Source: a virus | Taxonomy: Duplodnaviria; Caudoviricetes | Virus record (IMG/VR): IMGVR_UViG_3300025536_000016 | Coordinates: 1 to 63,299 of that record | DNA length: 63,299 bases | Strand: one strand, 5' to 3' | Shown here: positions 57,740-63,299 of the stretch, piece by piece | Numbering within the stretch: the stretch's first letter is position 1 | Layout of the letters: each line of letters starts with the position of its first letter | Made by a program: the position numbers and the translations under genes | The notes under the pieces: generated by a model | Database searches by the model: none | Told to the model about the DNA's origin: nothing | Seen by the model: only the letters and a program-made list of their open reading frames with translations

Positions 57740-59269
57740 ATGTGCTTAGAAAATCAATTAATCAAAGATTTCAATAAAGGAATCAAAGTTTCGACCCCGT
57801 TATTTTCCATCAATTGCTTCGACCCTGAAATGCTCCTGAAAAATCTTTCGGAAAAATTAGTTCCTATCATCAACGATTTCGGCTCGAAGGAAAGACCCAT
57901 GATTCAATGGGATTGTGTTCGAGGATGGCAGGCAAGAAATAAATCCGCAATCGAAGCAATCGGAATGGCGCTGAATGGCGCGGAATTGGAGGACACATTC
58001 AATCCAGTCTCCTCCCTGAAATTGGCTCAGAATCTGCCGGAGGGTTCGATTCTCTTTCTTTTGAATGGTCATCTTTATTTCAAGGATGATTTTTCTTTTC
58101 TTCAAGCGTTCTGGAATCTCCGAGACACGTTCAAGGCAACGAATCGAGCCTGTGTGATTCTGACGAACTCTTTTATCCTTCCTCTGGAAATCCAGAACGA
58201 CGTTCTCATACTCGACGAGAAGTTACCTGATGAGGAGGATTTGAGGAATATCATCAAGGAATTGGCGGAGGAAAACGAAATCAAATTATCTGAGGAAGAT
58301 ATTGAAAAAGGAGTCGTTGCTCTGAAAGGATTGAGCGCTTTTCCTGCGGAACAATCCGTCGCCCTCTCTCTGGGAAAATCCGGACTGGATATTGAAAATC
58401 TTTGGAGCCGGAAAATCCAGAAAATCAATGAAACTCCCGGTCTCTCGGTTCACAAAGACGGTGCGAAATTTGAAAATCTCGGAGGATTGGAAGAAATCAA
58501 GAATCGGTTCTCTCGAATCATCAAAGGAAAAAAATCTCCAAAAGTGATTGTCTGGATTGATGAAATCGAAAAGGCAATGGCGGGAGCGGGAACGGAATCC
58601 TCCGGAACAACTATGGACCAGCTCGGAGTCCTCCTCAATGAATTCGTAGAAAAGGATTATTCGGGTTCGGTCTTCGTAGGAGTTCCGGGCGCCGCTAAAT
58701 CCGCCCTCGCGAAAGCAATCGGAAATGAGGCTGAAGTGATAACCATCAAATTAGACCTCGGAGAAATGAAAGGACAATTCGTTGGATTATCGGAGGAAAG
58801 AATCCGGACGGGAATGAAAGTTATTGAAGCAGTCGGAGGATTCGGAGGGGCTTTCTTTGTGGCAACCTCGAATGACATCTCCTCGATTAAACCGGAACTC
58901 CTCCGGAGATTCAAAAAAGGAGTCTGGTTCTTCGATTTACCGACACGAGAAGAAAGAGAAGTCATCTGGAAAATTTATTTGAAAAAATATGAATTCGACA
59001 TCAACCTCGTGAAATCAATCAGATTCGACGAAGGTTGGACGGGAGCGGAAATCGAGAACTGCTGCATGACGGCATGGGAGGAAGAAATTTCCATCGAGGA
59101 AGCTTCAAAATCAATCATTCCAGTTTCGGTCTCCGGAAAGGAACAGGTCGAAAGATTGAGGAACGAGGCGAATGGAAAATATTCCTCGACGAATTATGCG
59201 GGGGTTTATAATTCCTCAATGAATGATGTGAAATTCATCCAGCCGAAACGACGAATCGCGACGGACTAA
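57740..59269 (+). CDS. Ycf46-like AAA+ ATPase with Walker B preceding Walker A
   Basis: LGGLEEIK...IVWIDEIEKAMAG...FVGVPGAAKS...FFVATSN...FFDLP...WTGAEIE. Confidence 0.85.
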   Translation: MCLENQLIKDFNKGIKVSTPLFSINCFDPEMLLKNLSEKLVPIINDFGSKERPMIQWDCVRGWQARNKSAIEAIGMALNGAELEDTFNPVSSLKLAQNLPEGSILFLLNGHLYFKDDFSFLQAFWNLRDTFKATNRACVILTNSFILPLEIQNDVLILDEKLPDEEDLRNIIKELAEENEIKLSEEDIEKGVVALKGLSAFPAEQSVALSLGKSGLDIENLWSRKIQKINETPGLSVHKDGAKFENLGGLEEIKNRFSRIIKGKKSPKVIVWIDEIEKAMAGAGTESSGTTMDQLGVLLNEFVEKDYSGSVFVGVPGAAKSALAKAIGNEAEVITIKLDLGEMKGQFVGLSEERIRTGMKVIEAVGGFGGAFFVATSNDISSIKPELLRRFKKGVWFFDLPTREEREVIWKIYLKKYEFDINLVKSIRFDEGWTGAEIENCCMTAWEEEISIEEASKSIIPVSVSGKEQVERLRNEANGKYSSTNYAGVYNSSMNDVKFIQPKRRIATD

Positions 59270-59289
59270 GAATCCGGATTCATTCAGGG

Positions 59290-59319
59290 AGAGAGGAGGG
59301 AATTTTCTCTCCTCTTTTT
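59290..59319 (+). terminator. Intrinsic terminator
   Basis: AGAGGAG...CTCCTCT followed by TTTT. Confidence 0.6.
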
Positions 59320-59355
59320 CCTTTCCCGATACTTGAAAAAATTATTTTCAAAAAA

Positions 59356-59407
59356 TGTGAAATTTTTACATTTTTCTATTGACAAGTAGATTCGACTAGT
59401 TTAGTAT
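59356..59407 (+). promoter_or_regulatory. Operator plus putative early promoter
   Basis: TGTGA-aattt-TTACA, TTGACA (59379), 17 bp, TAGTAT (59402). Confidence 0.75.
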
Positions 59408-59465
59408 TGATTTCAACGAGGAGAAATCCTCAGAGAAAAATTAAAAAAAATCGAGGATAAAGAAA

Positions 59466-59975
59466 ATGGAAAACACGAACGAAATCAAATCAACCGAAAC
59501 AACAAAGGAAATCATCTTTTTAATGGGTTTACCCGCAGCAGGAAAATCGACCGAGGGTCAGAAAGCTTTTGGTTCAACACACACCTTCATTGATTGCGAC
59601 GAAATCAAAAAATCTCATCCTGATTATAATCCGGCAGAAGCTTTCAAAGTTCACGAATGGTCGAAAATGGAAGAAGAAAAAGTTTGGCTGAAAGCCTTGA
59701 CGACGGACGGACAATTTGTCCTCGATGGAACGGGAACGAACGCAGAAAAAATGGTGCGAAGAATCAATCAGGCGAAGGCGATGGGATTCGAGACAAAATT
59801 ATTCTACGTGACATGCACTCTGGAAACCTCCATCCGACGGGCTCTCAAACGGGTTCGCCAGGTTCCTCTCGAAATGATTCAGGAAAAAGCCCTGAACATC
59901 GCGACTTCCTTTGAAATCGTTGCAAAATATGTTGACACGATTCAGGTGGTCGACAACAACACCGACACCAAATAA
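59466..59975 (+). CDS. P-loop kinase (zeta-toxin / AAA_33 / PNK-like)
   Basis: FLMGLPAAGKST, IDCDEIK, FVLDGTG, RALKR.R. Confidence 0.8.
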   Translation: MENTNEIKSTETTKEIIFLMGLPAAGKSTEGQKAFGSTHTFIDCDEIKKSHPDYNPAEAFKVHEWSKMEEEKVWLKALTTDGQFVLDGTGTNAEKMVRRINQAKAMGFETKLFYVTCTLETSIRRALKRVRQVPLEMIQEKALNIATSFEIVAKYVDTIQVVDNNTDTK

Positions 59976-59981
59976 TCCGGA

Positions 59982-60044
59982 GAACGAAACTCCGGAGGGA
60001 GAACCCCTCCGGAGTCATGGATTAAGAATCCATCTGATGAGTTC
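59982..60044 (+). ncRNA. Type II hammerhead ribozyme HH3 (predicted cleavage after 60016)
   Basis: GAAC-GAAA-CTCCGGAGGG/CCCTCCGGAG-TC^-ATGGATT/AATCCAT-CTGATGA-GTTC. Confidence 0.92.
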
Positions 60045-60073
60045 AGGAAAATTAAAAATCGAGGATAAAGAAA

Positions 60074-60355
60074 ATGAAATCGGGCGAAGCAATCGGAATG
60101 GTCAAAGTTGGAAGGATGACTTCTGAGGGAAAATTTCAACCAGCAGAAGATACGGATGGCGGATGGATTGGAAGTGGTCAATTCGCAATCGAATTGGGAA
60201 ATAAAAATTATTATCTTGATTATTTTCATGTCGAGGATGTTTTTAGAAGAACGGCTAATGCAGTTGTTCCGAGATTGAAGAAACACGCAGGATTCGTTCT
60301 GACCTCGATTTCCATCGGTCAAACTCGGGGCTGGGTATTTATCATCTGCGATTAG
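60074..60355 (+). CDS. Hypothetical protein flanked by two hammerheads
   Basis: Consensus leader; stop overlaps HH4. Confidence 0.75.
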   Translation: MKSGEAIGMVKVGRMTSEGKFQPAEDTDGGWIGSGQFAIELGNKNYYLDYFHVEDVFRRTANAVVPRLKKHAGFVLTSISIGQTRGWVFIICD

Positions 60356-60406
60356 AACGAAACCCTCTCCGGAGGGTCTTGGAGTGAATCTCCAACTGAT
60401 GAGTTC
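60355..60406 (+). ncRNA. Type II hammerhead ribozyme HH4 (predicted cleavage after 60378)
   Basis: GAAC-GAAA-CCCTC/GAGGG-TC^-TTGGAG/CTCCAA-CTGATGA-GTTC. Confidence 0.92.
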
Positions 60407-60442
60407 AGATTGAAAAGATGGAGGAAAATTAAAAAAAATATT

Positions 60443-60886
60443 ATGTCACACGTCGCAACTATAAAAATGGAATTCAAGGATTTAGAATGCCTCAAACGGG
60501 CAGCTAAAAAATTGGGTCTGGAATTCAGGGAGAATCAAAAGAATTATAAATGGTACGGGACTCATGTTGGAGATTATCCGGTGCCGGAAGGATTCACCAA
60601 AGAGGACCTCGGAAAATGTGACCACGCGCTCTCCATTCCTCAAACAGAGGATAATTCCGGACGAGCTTATGAAGTCGGTGTGGTCGAAAATAAAACCGGA
60701 AAAGGTTACACTCTCCTCTGGGATTTCTGGCAGGGAGGATTCGGACTCCGGCAGAAAATCGGAGACAACGGAATTCAGCTCCAAAAGGAATACGCCGCAC
60801 AAGTCGCGGAAAAACACCTGAAAATTCAGGGTTATCAAGTCCGGAGAAAGATTCAGGGAAACAATATTTTAGTGGAGGGATATTAA
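60443..60886 (+). CDS. DUF1257 (Ycf35-like) protein
   Basis: MSHVATIKMEFKDLECLKRAAKKLG...YEVGV...LLWDFW...LQKEYA. Confidence 0.8.
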   Translation: MSHVATIKMEFKDLECLKRAAKKLGLEFRENQKNYKWYGTHVGDYPVPEGFTKEDLGKCDHALSIPQTEDNSGRAYEVGVVENKTGKGYTLLWDFWQGGFGLRQKIGDNGIQLQKEYAAQVAEKHLKIQGYQVRRKIQGNNILVEGY

Positions 60887-60888
60887 TC

Positions 60889-61095
60889 ATGGCGAATCAA
60901 AAAGGAGTTATTACGGTCAATATCTCCGGAGAAAAAGATGTCGAGGTCGAAGTCTCGATTTCCGGAATCTCCGGAGGGAAATGCAAAGATATTACTCGAA
61001 ATATCGAACGGGCTCTGGGAACAACGACGAAGGACACGGAAACGGAAGAAATGAAAGGGAGGAAGATTTCAAATGTTAATCAGAATCGAGCCTAA
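60889..61095 (+). CDS. DUF2997-like protein
   Basis: GISGGKCKDITRNIERALG. Confidence 0.78.
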   Translation: MANQKGVITVNISGEKDVEVEVSISGISGGKCKDITRNIERALGTTTKDTETEEMKGRKISNVNQNRA

Positions 61096-61330
61096 TCAAG
61101 ATGGCGAAATCGAAATGAAAATGATTTATTCTGATTCAATGCGCGGGATTCTGGAGGAGGGTTCTTCCTCCATCTCTCGGGCATCTCATGTTGAACCGAA
61201 TCCGGATAATTCTTGGTCAGCGGATATGAGCCCAATCGGAGGAGAATCTTTGAATGGCTTCGAGACACGAGAGGATGCGTTGAAAGCTGAAGTAAAATGG
61301 ATTAATGATAACTATCTCACGAGGGCATAA
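61073..61330 (+). CDS. Conserved hypothetical protein of the DUF1257/DUF2997 neighbourhood
   Basis: ISRASHVEP...WSADMSPIGG...FETREDALKAEVKWI. Confidence 0.7.
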   Translation: MLIRIEPNQDGEIEMKMIYSDSMRGILEEGSSSISRASHVEPNPDNSWSADMSPIGGESLNGFETREDALKAEVKWINDNYLTRA

Positions 61331-61386
61331 AAAGCCCTCCTGCTCGATTTATGGAGCCGAGAAATAGAGGAAAAGAGGATAAAAGA

Positions 61387-61632
61387 ATGATAAAGAAAGT
61401 AAAATGGTCGAGAGTCGAGGATAAGGTGTTCAAATGGTTTTTCATGGGAGGAGAAGTCGCAACGATTTTTCGAGGTCAGGAATGGGTTTTGCTTTTCAAA
61501 AACTCGGACGTTCTCCACAAATTCGGAGATGACCTCGAACAGGCAAAGAAATTCGGAGAGGATTTGATAATCAGGGAAATGGCTTTCTTTCTGACGGGAT
61601 TCTTTCAGGAACTTAATAATGTAAAAATTTAA
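61387..61632 (+). CDS. Hypothetical protein
   Basis: GAGGATAAAAGAATG leader. Confidence 0.65.
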   Translation: MIKKVKWSRVEDKVFKWFFMGGEVATIFRGQEWVLLFKNSDVLHKFGDDLEQAKKFGEDLIIREMAFFLTGFFQELNNVKI

Positions 61633-61670
61633 CATTTCTCATTGACTTCTTATGGAGCCTGTGAGATGAT
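61620..61670 (+). promoter_or_regulatory. Operator plus putative early promoter
   Basis: TGTAA-aaatt-TAACA, TTGACT (61642), TG-n-GATGAT (61665). Confidence 0.6.
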
Positions 61671-61719
61671 GCTTTCAGGGAGAAATCCCAGAGACAGAAA
61701 TAAATTTGAGGATAAAAAA

Positions 61720-62913
61720 ATGACGAATATTCAGAATCAAAATAATAAATCGAAATCAGTTCTTTTCGTTTCCTTGACGGGCGATTTGAACGCTGGCGCA
61801 AAAAGAATCGGAAACAATCCGGAACTCCTGAAACAAATCCCTGATGATTTGATTCCGGACTTGAAATCGAAGTTCGAGAAATATAATCCTTTGACGGAAA
61901 AGGGAATCGAACGAAAAGGGTTGTGCATGGAAAATATCAATCTCTATCAAAAATCTTTGGATGAGATTAAATCCGGATTGGTTACGACTCCGGCGAAAGT
62001 TTTCGACGCCGTTTCCGAAGCAGAAAATGTTGTTCAAAACACCGTCGTTCTGGAATTACACCTCGGCAGACCTTCTTTCGGAAAAGTTGTCAAGAATGAT
62101 GAACTCGAACACGCATACGGGATTGGAGAGGCTCTCCCTGAAACCCTCCGGAGTTGGGCGAAAATCATCGACACGAAGCACCTGAAACCTTATGACGCGG
62201 CTCGGAGCGGATTCATCGGCTGGTTGAAAGCGAAATCAATGCCCTCGGGTTTCCTCGCGAACGGGATGTATTTAGTTCCTCTCTCCCTGATTTCCCAGAT
62301 TGACGAGAAGATTGAAAAATTCCGCGAAGAACAGGACGCCTTCCTCAATGAATTTGAAGCGAAATACGAGGACATCAAACTCGAAGCGAAGGAAAAGAAT
62401 GCGAAGATTTATCGAGAATCAAATTATCTTCCTTTCTCGGAAATCCGGAAATTCTACAAGATTCAGGCAAAATATTTGACCTTGAATGTGCCCGCCGCCC
62501 TCGAAAAAGTCAACAAAGATTTGTTCGAGAAAGAAAAAGAAAAATCCAAACAGATGTGGGCAGACGCTGCAACCGATATTCGGGATGGATTGAGAGCGGG
62601 ATTCAAAGGATTAATCGACCACTTCGTTTCCAAACTCGGAAAGGATGATAAAGGAAAGAAACTGGTTTTTCACGGCTCGACGGTCGATAAACTGAAAGAT
62701 TTCGTTACGACCTTTCAGGATAGAAACTTAACGAACGACTCGGAACTGGCGGAACTGGCGAACCAAGCGAAAGCCCTGATTGAAAACGTCGACCCGAACT
62801 CCATCCGGAAAGATGACACCGTCCGGACAAATCTGGAGGAATCATTCAAAAAGATTCAAGAAGTTTCGGAAACCCTAATCGTTGCGAAAACCCGAAAAAT
62901 CCAGATGGATTAA
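61720..62913 (+). CDS. DUF3150-like helical protein
   Basis: KIIDTKHL...GMYLVP...YLPFSEIRKFY...FQDRNLTNDSELAEL. Confidence 0.65.
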   Translation: MTNIQNQNNKSKSVLFVSLTGDLNAGAKRIGNNPELLKQIPDDLIPDLKSKFEKYNPLTEKGIERKGLCMENINLYQKSLDEIKSGLVTTPAKVFDAVSEAENVVQNTVVLELHLGRPSFGKVVKNDELEHAYGIGEALPETLRSWAKIIDTKHLKPYDAARSGFIGWLKAKSMPSGFLANGMYLVPLSLISQIDEKIEKFREEQDAFLNEFEAKYEDIKLEAKEKNAKIYRESNYLPFSEIRKFYKIQAKYLTLNVPAALEKVNKDLFEKEKEKSKQMWADAATDIRDGLRAGFKGLIDHFVSKLGKDDKGKKLVFHGSTVDKLKDFVTTFQDRNLTNDSELAELANQAKALIENVDPNSIRKDDTVRTNLEESFKKIQEVSETLIVAKTRKIQMD

Positions 62914-62967
62914 TTATCTTTCGAGGAGGGATTAAAACCCCTCCTCTCCCTTGAGGAGACTGAGAAA

Positions 62968-63111
62968 ATGAAAAGTAATTCAAACGCCAACTTCATAATA
63001 ATTTTCATCTTAATCGTTACAACTTTCTTTGTTGGATTTTTTTGGGGTTATAGTGAAGCAAGCGAATCGAATCTTCAGCAGATTAGAAAATTCAACTGTT
63101 ACGAAAAATAA
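62968..63111 (+). CDS. 47-aa membrane peptide (not in ORF track)
   Basis: GAGGAG RBS; FIIIFILIVTTFFVGFFWG. Confidence 0.5.
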   Translation: MKSNSNANFIIIFILIVTTFFVGFFWGYSEASESNLQQIRKFNCYEK

Positions 63112-63130
63112 AATTGAGAGGATAAAGAAT

Positions 63131-63299
63131 ATGCAGAACGAAAAAACACTAGGATTTATTGAACTTCCGATTCCGAAAATGATATTTATCGGAGGCTCGG
63201 ACGAAAAGGCTTCTGAACAATACTGCTGGTATTTTCTGGGAGCCGATTCCCAGATTCAGGGCATCCCGCATTTCGGGCTTCGGGGCACCATCGAGGGAT
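63131..63299 (+). CDS. 5' part of the junction-spanning gene (continues into 1..495)
   Basis: GAGGATAAAGAATATG leader; MQNEKTLGFIELP... in frame with base 1. Confidence 0.85.
   Translation, partial: MQNEKTLGFIELPIPKMIFIGGSDEKASEQYCWYFLGADSQIQGIPHFGLRGTIEG
63188..63299 (+). repeat. Terminal direct repeat / circular overlap (copy 2)
   Basis: Matches 1-112 with one mismatch. Confidence 0.95.

Noticed and set aside
1541-62378. Numerous minus-strand and nested ORFs in the six-frame track
   Set aside because: They overlap well-supported + strand genes and lack RBSs and recognisable motifs; treated as shadow ORFs
1-63299. Alternative genetic code or stop-codon reassignment
   Set aside because: Genes tile densely under the standard code and TAA, TGA and TAG all end genes; only one isolated frameshift seen
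1-63299. Host assignment from composition (TCCGGA/TCGGA-rich, AT-rich)
   Set aside because: Compositional impression only; no marker gene or spacer evidence in the window

Overview
The window is an apparently complete, circularly assembled genome of a long-tailed (siphovirus-like) dsDNA phage of about 63.2 kb. Bases 63188-63299 repeat bases 1-112 with one synonymous mismatch, and one ORF runs across the join. Almost all genes are on the + strand. The modules are: (i) a nucleotide/DNA-modification cassette (MazG-like pyrophosphatase, thymidylate-synthase homologue with a cytidylate-type Asp, dNMP kinase, glycosyltransferase, SAM methyltransferase) directly upstream of a family A DNA polymerase, dCMP deaminase, beta clamp, replication initiator and primase-DnaB fusion; (ii) many small accessory genes, ThyX and terminase; (iii) head and tail genes; (iv) lysis genes; (v) a putative early region with a segment-swapped Ycf46-like AAA ATPase, DUF1257/DUF2997/DUF3150-like genes and a P-loop kinase. 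The most striking signals are non-coding: four type II hammerhead ribozymes between genes of the putative early operons, a circularly permuted tRNA mimic resembling bacterial Y RNA (YrlA) with no Ro60 gene, a C4/CI-like antisense arrangement upstream of the initiator gene, hairpin RNAs carrying the antisense of the phage's conserved ribosome-binding leader, a TGTNA-N5-TNACA operator at nine sites, a duplicated ~180-bp element with IHF-like sites, and apparent absence of GATC. All family assignments come from motif recognition by eye; no database search or folding software was run.
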